Below the pieces are notes generated by a model that was not told where the DNA came from, did not search any database, and worked only from the letters and a program-made list of their open reading frames with translations. A program made the position numbers and the translations under genes. A stretch of 33,226 nucleotides of DNA from Bacteroidota bacterium. Lineage in GTDB: Bacteria; Bacteroidota; Bacteroidia; Chitinophagales; UBA2359. The stretch is from the NCBI GenBank assembly GCA_020629895.1, contig JAHDCM010000001.1, forward strand, positions 5,217-38,442, in the 5' to 3' direction. Within the stretch, counting starts at the first letter, position 1, and each line of letters starts with the position of its first letter. Shown here piece after piece: positions 19,809 through 28,107 of the stretch.

Positions 19809-20264
19809 ATGAGTGTATTAAGCAATTTAAAACCAGCTAAAGGTTCTGTAAAAAACGCAAAACGTAAAGCTCGTGGCCCTGGTTCAGGTAGAGGTGGTAC
19901 TTCTACACGTGGACATAAAGGTGCCCAATCACGATCTGGTTACTCCAGAAAGAGAAACCATGAAGGTGGACAAACACCTATTCAAAGACGATTGCCCAAA
20001 AGAGGGTTCAAAAATATCAATCGTATTGATTACGTGGCTCTTAATCTTGGTGATATCCAACACCTCGTTGAAAAACATGATCTTTCTTCCATCTCTTTCG
20101 AAACATTGAGAGAACTTGGAATGGTAAAGCGTACAGATAAAGTAAAAGTACTTGGTAATGGCCAACTAGCTAAAGGTGTCCAAATAACAGCGCACGCTTT
20201 TAGCGAATCTGCCAAAAAAGCAATCGAAGAGCAAGGCGGAACTGCCACTATTATCGAAAAATAA
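19809..20264 (+). CDS. rplO: 50S ribosomal protein L15
   Basis: LSNLKPAKGSVKNAKRKARGPGSGRGGTSTRGHKGAQSRSG. Confidence 0.98.
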   Translation: MSVLSNLKPAKGSVKNAKRKARGPGSGRGGTSTRGHKGAQSRSGYSRKRNHEGGQTPIQRRLPKRGFKNINRIDYVALNLGDIQHLVEKHDLSSISFETLRELGMVKRTDKVKVLGNGQLAKGVQITAHAFSESAKKAIEEQGGTATIIEK

Positions 20265-20394
20265 CTTTTTTCTTTGTCTGACTGTCAGAATTGCTGTTAA
20301 GTAACTTAAATAATAGATTTGGCTAACTAATTGCAGCTACTGATCTATATATTATACGTAGGCAAAAAATATTCTTGCCTTAATCAAGATTTTT

Positions 20395-21738
20395 ATGAAA
20401 CGGTTTATTGAAACAGTTAAAAATATCTGGAAGATTGAAGATCTTCGAAACAAGATCTTATTGACACTAGGACTTATCTTAGTCTACCGTATCGGATCAT
20501 TTATCGTTATTCCTGGTATAGACCCAAAAGGTTTAAGCGATTTGACCAGTGGTGGACAAGGTATTCTAGGACTTCTAGATATGTTCGTAGGAGGGGCATT
20601 TAGTAATGCCTCTATTTTTGCATTGGGTATCATGCCATATATCTCTGCATCTATTGCGATGCAGTTATTAACATTGGCTGTCCCCTATTTCCAAAAAATG
20701 CAAAAAGAAGGTGAAAGTGGGCGAAAGAAAATCACCCAAATGACGCGCTATCTAACTGTTGCTGTAACTGCTCTCCAATCATTCGGATATATCCAGTATC
20801 TCCGTTCCATAGCTGAACCAGCTATCGTAGCAGATAGTATGTTGATCTTTACCATCTCTACTGTTATTGTACTTACCGCTGGTACCGTATTCTGTATGTG
20901 GCTCGGTGAAAAAATTACTGATAAAGGAATCGGAAATGGTATCTCACTATTAATTACAGTGGGTATTATTGCCCAACTTCCATTCGCAATAGCTGCCGAA
21001 TATGTTGCTAAGAATAGTAACGCTGCTAGTGGTGGATTAGTGAAGTTCCTGATCGAAATTGCCTTCCTAGTCGCTATTATCGCTGCTTGTGTCCTGTTAG
21101 TGCAAGGGGTTCGTAAGATTCCAGTACAATACGCAAAAAGAATTCGAGGAAATAGACAATACGGTGGTACGCGTCAATATATCCCGCTCAAACTTAACGC
21201 TTCGGGTGTAATGCCAATCATCTTCGCTCAAGCATTAATGTTTATTCCTTCACTTATCGCCCAACTCTTCCCAGAGTCTGCGCTTATGCAAAGCATGCAG
21301 TCGGGTGCTTTTATGACTTCGTTTTGGTACAATGCCGCACTATTTTTATTAGTCGTGTTATTTACCTACTTCTATACCGCCCTTATCATCAACCCTACGC
21401 AAATGGCAGATGATATGAAACGTAATGGCGGATTTATTCCTGGTGTTAAGCCAGGTAGAAAAACAGCCGATTTTATTGATACGATTCTTTCCAGAATAAC
21501 ACTGCCAGGCTCTCTATTTCTTGGCTTAGTTGCTATCATGCCAGCTTTTGCAATGATCGCAGGTATCAATACACAATTCGCAATCTTTTATGGAGGAACT
21601 TCACTACTCATCCTTGTAGCTGTAATGCTCGATACCTTACAGCAAATCGAATCGCACTTACTCATGCGTCACTACGACGGATTAATGAAAGGTGGAAGAA
21701 TTAAAGGAAGAGGTGGAATGGTAGGTGCTAGTGTGTAA
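20395..21738 (+). CDS. secY: preprotein translocase subunit SecY
   Basis: 447-aa polytopic membrane protein with ALGIMPYISASIAMQLL and the conserved position after rplO. Confidence 0.98.
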   Translation: MKRFIETVKNIWKIEDLRNKILLTLGLILVYRIGSFIVIPGIDPKGLSDLTSGGQGILGLLDMFVGGAFSNASIFALGIMPYISASIAMQLLTLAVPYFQKMQKEGESGRKKITQMTRYLTVAVTALQSFGYIQYLRSIAEPAIVADSMLIFTISTVIVLTAGTVFCMWLGEKITDKGIGNGISLLITVGIIAQLPFAIAAEYVAKNSNAASGGLVKFLIEIAFLVAIIAACVLLVQGVRKIPVQYAKRIRGNRQYGGTRQYIPLKLNASGVMPIIFAQALMFIPSLIAQLFPESALMQSMQSGAFMTSFWYNAALFLLVVLFTYFYTALIINPTQMADDMKRNGGFIPGVKPGRKTADFIDTILSRITLPGSLFLGLVAIMPAFAMIAGINTQFAIFYGGTSLLILVAVMLDTLQQIESHLLMRHYDGLMKGGRIKGRGGMVGASV

Positions 21739-21789
21739 AATGAACTCCTACAAGCTTTATCTGTTATACTTATAGAAATTAATAAAACG

Positions 21790-21824
21790 AAGTTTCCCTG
21801 TCTGAAAATGACAAGGGAAACTTT
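21790..21824 (+). terminator. strong hairpin after secY (probable terminator)
   Basis: aagtttccctgtc / gacaagggaaactt, 13 bp with one bulged A and loop tgaaaat. The downstream tract TGTTGTG is only moderately T-rich. Confidence 0.5.
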
Positions 21825-21919
21825 GTTGTGTAAGTACTTGAGATGATCGCTTACTAATTCATACCATCACTCAACAACCAATAATCCTATCACCCCATCA
21901 TCAAGTAGTCATTATAAAC

Positions 21920-22162
21920 TGGGCGTGTCCTTCCATAGCTCTTTCGGGAACTGGAGAAATCTGTACAGACGCAAATCTTGCGTCTCTACCGAATCCTCCA
22001 GTCCCTCAATCCCTATTTCAGGTCGGGCTATCCGCTTGTAGTTGTCTCGTAGAAAAGGTGTTCGGCTAAAAGTCCTAGCAGTGTCTTCCTTCGTCAGCCC
22101 TGCTAGTCCAAGCCTCACGAACCTGTCTACTTCGCCAAGCTACCGCTACTATCCCTCACGCA
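21920..22162 (-). repeat. Family-B structured repeat, copy B3
   Basis: The reverse complement carries all family-B blocks. Loop at 22082-22099, flanked by the 7-bp stem ctagcag/ctgctag. The variable slot holds a ~93-nt branched hairpin unrelated to those in the other copies. Confidence 0.85.
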
Positions 22163-22253
22163 GGAGAATAGCAAAAAACGTCGAAATCAGTCGCCAATTT
22201 TAGCTTGACTGAGTACTAACTAGGATTTTTTAGAATTTGAACTATACAATACA

Positions 22254-23072
22254 TTGAGAGCATCCAAGAAAAAAATATTCTATAAAACCGATGAAGAGGT
22301 AGAGCTAATGCGACATAGTAATCAACTTGTCGGAAAAGCACATGCAGCCGTCGTGCCATTTATCGTACCTGGTGTCAAAACAACCAAACTCGATGAAATA
22401 GCCGAAGCATTTATTAGAGATCATGGAGCCGAGCCAGGATTTAAAGGATATGGTGGGTTCCCGTACACACTTTGTATCTCTATCAATGATCATGTCGTTC
22501 ATGGAATGCCTAGCGAATACGAACTCAAAGAAGGAGATGTCGTTTCTATTGATTGTGGCGTATTGGCAAACGGTTTTTATGGTGACTCAGCTTATACGTA
22601 TTGTGTAGGTGAAATTGAACCTGAAGTCAAAAAATTACTCGAAGTAACAAAGGAGTCTCTCTATAAAGGAATAGAACAGGCAGTTGTAGGACGTAGATTA
22701 GGAGATATTAGTTTTGCTATTCAACACTATTGTGAACGTATTCACAAGTATGGAGTCGTAAGAGATCTTGTCGGACATGGAGTAGGTAGAAGCCTACATG
22801 AAGGACCAGAAGTGCCAAACTTTGGAAAAAGAGGGAAAGGCCCCAAATTACAAGATGGACTTGTACTCGCCATTGAGCCAATGGTCAACTTAGGAAGAAA
22901 AGAAGTGAGAAGACTTAGTGACGGATGGACTATCGTTACCATAGATGGGAAACCCTCTGCACACTTCGAACATAGCGTTGTGGTGCGAAAAGGAAAGGCG
23001 GATATACTGTCTACTTTCGAATTTATAGAAAATGCAATAAAAAATAATAAAGAATTAACAAAAATTGCGTAA
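22254..23072 (+). CDS. map: type I methionine aminopeptidase
   Basis: Metal-ligand pattern (VVHGMP, SIDCG, GDSAYT, GHGVGRSLHE, LAIEPM, FEHSV). The start is uncertain: the track uses TTG 22254, and the conserved core begins around KTDEEVELMR. Confidence 0.93.
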   Translation: MRASKKKIFYKTDEEVELMRHSNQLVGKAHAAVVPFIVPGVKTTKLDEIAEAFIRDHGAEPGFKGYGGFPYTLCISINDHVVHGMPSEYELKEGDVVSIDCGVLANGFYGDSAYTYCVGEIEPEVKKLLEVTKESLYKGIEQAVVGRRLGDISFAIQHYCERIHKYGVVRDLVGHGVGRSLHEGPEVPNFGKRGKGPKLQDGLVLAIEPMVNLGRKEVRRLSDGWTIVTIDGKPSAHFEHSVVVRKGKADILSTFEFIENAIKNNKELTKIA

Positions 23073-23199
23073 AAAATACGATATTTGCACTCTGTTTGGA
23101 GATTGCTAATATATAACTTTAATATTATTCGCCCTTTAGTAACAATTAAACCAAATGTTTTAAGAAGTTACTATACATTTTTTTATCTTAAATATTATA

Positions 23200-23418
23200 A
23201 TGGCCAAACAAGATTTAATTAAACAAGATGGATTAGTTATAGAATCCCTCGGAAATGCCAAATTCCGTGTTCGATTAGAAAATGGACACGAAATCATTAG
23301 TCATATCGCTGGAAAAATGCGTATGAACTATATCAAAATTCTACCAGGTGATAAGGTAGCAGTCGAAATGTCACCGTATGACCTTACAAAAGGGCGAATC
23401 ACATACCGTTATAAGTAA
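23200..23418 (+). CDS. infA: translation initiation factor IF-1
   Basis: 72 aa, [70 protein letters not shown]. Confidence 0.98.
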   Translation: MAKQDLIKQDGLVIESLGNAKFRVRLENGHEIISHIAGKMRMNYIKILPGDKVAVEMSPYDLTKGRITYRYK

Positions 23419-23444
23419 GATTTTTTATACCAAATATATTACTG

Positions 23445-23561
23445 ATGAAAGTCAGAGCATCTATTAAAAAACGAAGTAGCGATTGTAAAATCGTGAAAAG
23501 AAAGGGGAAATTGTACGTTATTAACAAGAAGAACCCAAGATTTAAACAAAGACAAGGATAA
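23445..23561 (+). CDS. rpmJ: 50S ribosomal protein L36 (38 aa, Cys-poor form, below the ORF-track cutoff)
   Basis: Hand translation gives [38 protein letters not shown]. Sits between infA and rpsM. Confidence 0.93.
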   Translation: MKVRASIKKRSSDCKIVKRKGKLYVINKKNPRFKQRQG

Positions 23562-23564
23562 ATT

Positions 23565-23939
23565 ATGGCACGACTAGCAGGAGTAGATTTGCCTAAGAGA
23601 AAACCATCTTTTATAGCATTGACCTATATTTATGGTATCGGGCGAACAAGAGCAAAAGAAATTCTTGACAAAGCTGAGGTAGAATACAGTAAAAAAGTTC
23701 AAGACCTCAATGATAGCGAGATTTCGCGCTTACGTCAAGTAATTGGAGATTATACCCTCGAAGGGGAATTGCGTTCAGAAGTTCAAATGAGCATTAAACG
23801 ACTCATGGACATCGGATGCTACCGAGGTGTTAGACACCGTAAAGGATTACCCGTTAGAGGACAGCAAACGCAAACCAACGCGAGAACGCGAAAAGGAAAG
23901 CGTAAAACCGTTGCTGGTAAGAAAAAAGTAACTAAGTAG
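23565..23939 (+). CDS. rpsM: 30S ribosomal protein S13
   Basis: [13 protein letters not shown]...[28 protein letters not shown]. Confidence 0.98.
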   Translation: MARLAGVDLPKRKPSFIALTYIYGIGRTRAKEILDKAEVEYSKKVQDLNDSEISRLRQVIGDYTLEGELRSEVQMSIKRLMDIGCYRGVRHRKGLPVRGQQTQTNARTRKGKRKTVAGKKKVTK

Positions 23940-23964
23940 TTACCTTTATTGAATTTGTTGGATA

Positions 23965-24046
23965 AGTAAAGATGAAAAAATAGATTGATTAAGTATTGTC
24001 AACAAAGAGATAGCTAGATTGATCAATTTGTTCTCTCCTCTTTATT
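23965..24046 (+). repeat. degenerate or truncated Family-A element (A4, arms only, apex missing)
   Basis: Left arm agtaaagatgaaaaaatagattgattaagtattg closely matches the A3 left arm (29590-). Right arm cagctagattgatcaatttgttctctcctctttatt matches the A3 right arm (..gcagctagattgggcaatttattctttcctctttact). The GGCGAGGCTTT apex is absent. Confidence 0.55.
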
Positions 24047-24314
24047 AGAGTTAAAACCTTTATCAAAATAGAGAAAGTCAATATCAAAAGTATTGATCCT
24101 AATTTGTTCCCTGTTTTATAAGAGAAAATGGCTTTTCCAACAAAATCAACTTGACTGACTAGTAAGTAGTAGTTGAAATTAAAAGTCCAGTACTTTTGAG
24201 AGACAATTAGTCCTGACACATAATGTCAATCTCAAAATCCTGAGCAATAATTCAACTATTACCTAACATGTCTAATCGTTGTCTTATTTTAAATAGCTTA
24301 ATCAATAATTAAAA

Positions 24315-24707
24315 ATGGCTAAATCTAGAAGAGCTAGAGCTAAAAAACGTAAAGTTAGAGTTGAAGCCGAAGGACGTGCTTATATCAAAGCAAGCTTCAA
24401 TAATATCATGATTACCTTTACCAATGCAGGTGGGCAAACCATTTCTTGGTCTTCTGCCGGTAAGTCTGGTTTTAGAGGATCAAAGAAAAATACACCTTAT
24501 GCTGCTCAAGTAGCCGCAGAAGATGCTGCCTCTAAAGCAGCAGAAGCAGGACTTAGAAGAGTAGAGGTGTATGTGAAAGGACCTGGGTCTGGTAGAGAAG
24601 CAGCTATTCGTACAATTAGTTCAAGTGGTATCGAAGTAACCCTCATTAGAGATGTGACTCCGCTACCTCATAACGGCTGTCGTCCTCCTAAAAGAAGAAG
24701 AGTATAA
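24315..24707 (+). CDS. rpsK: 30S ribosomal protein S11
   Basis: [30 protein letters not shown]...[16 protein letters not shown]. Confidence 0.98.
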   Translation: MAKSRRARAKKRKVRVEAEGRAYIKASFNNIMITFTNAGGQTISWSSAGKSGFRGSKKNTPYAAQVAAEDAASKAAEAGLRRVEVYVKGPGSGREAAIRTISSSGIEVTLIRDVTPLPHNGCRPPKRRRV

Positions 24708-24736
24708 TCCTGAATGTCGCGTACATAAATCAGGAT
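24707..24736 (+). other. hairpin immediately after the rpsK stop (weak terminator, processing or regulatory candidate)
   Basis: atcctga (24707-24713) pairs with tcaggat (24730-24736), followed by CTTTTA. The stem is only 7 bp and the loop is 16 nt. Confidence 0.3.
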
Positions 24737-24814
24737 CTTTTATAATAATTCATCGCGCAACGCGCATAGTGATATAATAATCACACATCGATCGTATTGT
24801 AACTATAGATAAAC

Positions 24815-25420
24815 ATGGCAAGATACACAGGACCAAAAACAAGGATTTCTAGAAAATTCGGTGAGGAAATCTATGGCGTAGATAAAGCCTTCAAAAAAAG
24901 ACCATATAAGCCTGGACAACACGGGCCTTCGAAAAGAAGAAAACAATTGTCTGAATATGGTCAACAATTAATGGAAAAGCAAAAAGCAAAATATACCTAT
25001 GGGGTATTAGAACGCCAATTCCGTAATCTATTCAAAAAGGCAAGTAGAAAACAAGGAATTACAGGTGATATCTTGTTACAATTACTAGAGTCTCGATTAG
25101 ATAACGTTGTTTTTCGATTAGGAATTGCTCCTACTCGTAGAGCTGCTAGACAGTTAGTATCACATAGACATATCACTGTTAATGGTAAAAGAACCAATAT
25201 CCCTTCTTATGCACTCAAACCAGGTGATGTAATTGGTATCCGCGAAAAATCAAAAGGACTCGAAGTAATTACCTCTTCTGTCAGTGCAAAAGGAAGACAG
25301 TTTTCTTGGTTAGATTGGAATAATGACGAAATGAGCGGTACCTTTATCGCTGTGCCAGATCGAGAAAGTATTCCTGAAAAAATTAATGCACAGCTGATTG
25401 TCGAATTGTATTCTAAGTAA
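24815..25420 (+). CDS. rpsD: 30S ribosomal protein S4
   Basis: [17 protein letters not shown]... plus the S4 RNA-binding domain [31 protein letters not shown]. Confidence 0.98.
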   Translation: MARYTGPKTRISRKFGEEIYGVDKAFKKRPYKPGQHGPSKRRKQLSEYGQQLMEKQKAKYTYGVLERQFRNLFKKASRKQGITGDILLQLLESRLDNVVFRLGIAPTRRAARQLVSHRHITVNGKRTNIPSYALKPGDVIGIREKSKGLEVITSSVSAKGRQFSWLDWNNDEMSGTFIAVPDRESIPEKINAQLIVELYSK

Positions 25421-25498
25421 TAATACAAAACAACAAGAAGAACCATCACTATCCATTTATCTATTCTATTTCTTTCACCATAACCGTAAGATCAATAT

Positions 25499-26497
25499 AT
25501 GGGATTACTAGCATTTCAAAAACCAGATAAAATCGTTGCTCAAAAAGCAACAGAATTTGAAGGAACCTTCGAATTTCGCCCCTTAGAGCCTGGTTTTGGT
25601 GTAACGATTGGTAATGCATTGCGTAGAGTCTTACTTTCTTCTTTAGAAGGACATGCTATTACCGCAATCAAGATAGGAGGAGTTGACCATGAATTCTCTA
25701 CCATTAAAGGGGTTTTAGAAGACGTTACCGAAGTTGTACTCGCACTAAAACAAGTACGACTAAAGAAAATAGTGAAAGACGATGAAGCACCCGCTGAGAA
25801 AATTTTCTTGTCTATCTCTAACCAAGAAACATTTACCGCAGGAGATATCGAAAAACATACTGCCTCTTTTAAAGTGACAAACCCTGACTTAGTGATTTGT
25901 CAAATGGAGCCTTCTGTAACACTTGATATTGAACTCGTAATTGGAAAAGGAAGAGGTTATATTGCGGCTGATGAGAATAAACCTAAAGATTGGGTGCATG
26001 GAATGATTCCTATTGATTCCATTTATACACCTATCCGTAATGTAAAGTACTTTGTTGAAAATACACGGGTTGAGCAAAAAACAGACTTTGAAAAGCTAAT
26101 TGTCGAAATAAGAACAGATGGTACTATCCATCCTGAAGATGCAATCAAAGAAGCTGCTAAAATATTGATCCAGCATCTAATGCTCATCTCTGATGAAAAT
26201 ATTGACTTTGATAATAAGGCTGAAGATGACCACGATATTGTAGATGAACATATTCTACACATGCGTAAGTTGTTGAAAACGCCATTAGAAGATTTAGACC
26301 TTTCTGTAAGAGCGTATAACTGCCTGAAAGCAGCTAAAATTAATACACTTGCAGAACTTGTTACTTATGATACCAATTCCTTGATTAAGTTCAGAAACTT
26401 TGGTAAAAAATCATTGATGGAAATCGAAGCAATGATTAACGAAAGAGGACTCTCTTTTGGAATGGATCTTAGTAAATATAAATTAGATGAGGATTAG
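25499..26497 (+). CDS. rpoA: DNA-directed RNA polymerase subunit alpha
   Basis: 332 aa with N-terminal [17 protein letters not shown] and C-terminal-domain [26 protein letters not shown]. Confidence 0.98.
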   Translation: MGLLAFQKPDKIVAQKATEFEGTFEFRPLEPGFGVTIGNALRRVLLSSLEGHAITAIKIGGVDHEFSTIKGVLEDVTEVVLALKQVRLKKIVKDDEAPAEKIFLSISNQETFTAGDIEKHTASFKVTNPDLVICQMEPSVTLDIELVIGKGRGYIAADENKPKDWVHGMIPIDSIYTPIRNVKYFVENTRVEQKTDFEKLIVEIRTDGTIHPEDAIKEAAKILIQHLMLISDENIDFDNKAEDDHDIVDEHILHMRKLLKTPLEDLDLSVRAYNCLKAAKINTLAELVTYDTNSLIKFRNFGKKSLMEIEAMINERGLSFGMDLSKYKLDED

Positions 26498-26501
26498 TCC
26501 T

Positions 26502-26736
26502 CCTAGGAATGATAATTAAATAACGTTACAATTTTTTGGATAGATTATTTTTGTGCCTAATGAGGTATAAACGAGCGATAAAATGCAATAGCATTTTTGA
26601 ATGTCCAGTGGACATTCAAGCGTAGTGAACCGCTTGCGGATGTCTAGCTGCAGCGTATCGGCGAGGCTTTCTAACAAAATTAGGTGCAAAAAGAAGCAGT
26701 CAAAAATGTAAAGTTATTTAACCTTTGTTCTCTAAC
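26502..26736 (+). repeat. Family-A structured repeat, copy A2 (carries an extra ~85-nt multi-hairpin insertion in the apex)
   Basis: Starts 5 nt after the rpoA stop. Shares TAGATTATTTTTGT and ACAAAAAGAAGCAGTCAAAA-type segments and the apex GGCGAGGCTTTCTAAC (26660-26675) with A1. Inner stem 26548-26561 pairs with 26679-26692. Extra perfect hairpins at 26580-26597 and 26598-26618. Confidence 0.8.
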
Positions 26737-26789
26737 TAGTTTTTTCTTTATAAATTAATTGTTATTCAATTTGTAAACGTTGGTAAGCG

Positions 26790-27419
26790 ATGCGACACGG
26801 TAAAAAATTTAATCATCTCGGACGAACATCTGCCCATAGAAAAGCAATGCTTTCTAATATGGCTTGTTCGCTTATTGAACACAAAAGAATCAATACAACC
26901 TTAGCAAAAGCAAAGGCACTCCGAAAATATGTAGAGCCTTTAATTACTAAAGCTAAGAATGATTCTACGCACTCTAGAAGAATGGCTTTTAGAAAGTTGC
27001 AAAGTAAAGAGGCAGTAAAAGAACTCTTTGGACCTATCTCGCAAAAAATAGGCGACCGTCCAGGTGGTTATACACGTATTCTTCGAACTGGTTTCAGATA
27101 TGGAGATAATGCAGACATGTGCCTCATCGAGTTGGTAGACTTCAATGAGGGAATGTTGAAAGCCGCAGGTGCAGGAAGCGAAGGTAAGAAATCAAGAAGA
27201 AAACGTACTAGAAGAGGTAGACGTAAAGATGGTGCTGCTGAAACAACAAACCAAAATAATGTTGCAGAGCAAAGCGATGGCACATTTGAAGATGCACAAA
27301 TTGTGGAAGATACTATGGATCAAACACAAGAAAATATCACTGATGTTGTAGAAGATGCTACGGATACAACAAGTGATGATACAACCACTGGTACAGATGA
27401 TACGAATAATAATGTATAA
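26790..27419 (+). CDS. rplQ: 50S ribosomal protein L17 with a ~85-aa basic-then-acidic C-terminal extension
   Basis: [25 protein letters not shown]... is the L17 core. The tail is [14 protein letters not shown] followed by a D/E/T-rich segment ([22 protein letters not shown]). Confidence 0.97.
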   Translation: MRHGKKFNHLGRTSAHRKAMLSNMACSLIEHKRINTTLAKAKALRKYVEPLITKAKNDSTHSRRMAFRKLQSKEAVKELFGPISQKIGDRPGGYTRILRTGFRYGDNADMCLIELVDFNEGMLKAAGAGSEGKKSRRKRTRRGRRKDGAAETTNQNNVAEQSDGTFEDAQIVEDTMDQTQENITDVVEDATDTTSDDTTTGTDDTNNNV

Positions 27420-27493
27420 GTAGACACCAATGTATAATGCTGAATTTATGGTCTAGGAACCTTTTCCTATTTTCATAATTCAATTATTATATG

Positions 27494-27501
27494 TATCTTT
27501 G
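27494..27501 (+). promoter_or_regulatory. candidate -7 box (TATCTTTG) upstream of rimP-nusA
   Basis: Matches TAnnTTTG. TTTC lies 19 nt upstream (27471-27474). The box ends 58 nt before the rimP ATG. Confidence 0.4.
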
Positions 27502-27510
27502 TACACAAGA

Positions 27511-27542
27511 AAAAAAAGAGGGGACAAACGTCCCCTCTTTTT
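27511..27542 (+). terminator. terminator-like hairpin: either the rplQ terminator or a rimP-nusA leader attenuator
   Basis: agagggga (27517-27524) pairs with tcccctct (27531-27538), loop caaacg. Extended by an upstream A-run and a downstream T5, so it looks bidirectional. Confidence 0.65.
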
Positions 27543-27559
27543 ATTATCTATACATTCAA

Positions 27560-28048
27560 ATGAAAATAGTTACTGATAGAATAGTAAAATTACTAGAAGA
27601 AGAGTTCGAAAATACTTCCGAATTTATTGTTCAAGTGAAAATGGGACAAGATGGAAGCATTAGTGTTACTGTGGATTGTGATAACAGCATCACTATTGAA
27701 CGGTGTGTTAAATTGAGTCGAATGCTAATGCGGCAGCTAGAAGCAGAAAACCTCTATGAAGATCACTTTACCTTAGAAGTTTCCTCCCCAGGTTTCACTA
27801 ATCCTTTCTTAGTCCCACGTCAATATCAAAAAAATATCGGTAAAGAAGTGGAAGTCCTTTTGTTGGACGGAAGGAAAATAGAAGGACTACTCAAAGAGTA
27901 CACATCTGAACATATAAAAGTAGATGAATATCTCATAGAATTAGATAAAAGAAACAAAAAAAACATTAAAAAAAAGATTGTTGGAACAAGAGAGCAATTT
28001 TTTTTATTAAAGGAAGTGAAACATACTAAAGAAAGATGTCTCTTTTAA
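27560..28048 (+). CDS. rimP: ribosome maturation factor RimP
   Basis: MKIVTDRIVKLLEEEF... with the LEVSSPGFTNPF motif, directly upstream of nusA. The track ORF starts 23 codons earlier (27491) and runs through the hairpin, so that start is unlikely. Confidence 0.88.
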   Translation: MKIVTDRIVKLLEEEFENTSEFIVQVKMGQDGSISVTVDCDNSITIERCVKLSRMLMRQLEAENLYEDHFTLEVSSPGFTNPFLVPRQYQKNIGKEVEVLLLDGRKIEGLLKEYTSEHIKVDEYLIELDKRNKKNIKKKIVGTREQFFLLKEVKHTKERCLF

Positions 28049-28107
28049 TCCTTTTAACTAATAATCATAAAATTAATTTTTTACTAAGTTATTCAAATTA
28101 ACGAATA

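Noticed and set aside
23080-23087. GATATTTGCACTC just after the map stop resembles the TATCTTTGCACTC box upstream of rpsL and could be an infA promoter.
   Set aside because: The first base deviates from TAnnTTTG and there is no obvious -33 element. It is too weak to list as a feature.
23989-24219. A 76-aa minus-strand ORF with a hydrophobic segment in the rpsM-rpsK spacer, possibly a small membrane protein or type-I toxin.
   Set aside because: It has only a GTG start and no recognisable promoter or translation-initiation context. Its C-terminal third is encoded by the degenerate Family-A repeat. It is kept only as a note within the spacer finding.
27491-27559. The track's rimP ORF starts 23 codons upstream of the canonical N-terminus (MYLCTQEKKEGTNVPSFYYLYIQ before MKIVTDRIV).
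   Set aside because: The extension is translated straight through the terminator-like hairpin (27511-27542) and has no RimP resemblance. ATG 27560 gives the family-typical start.
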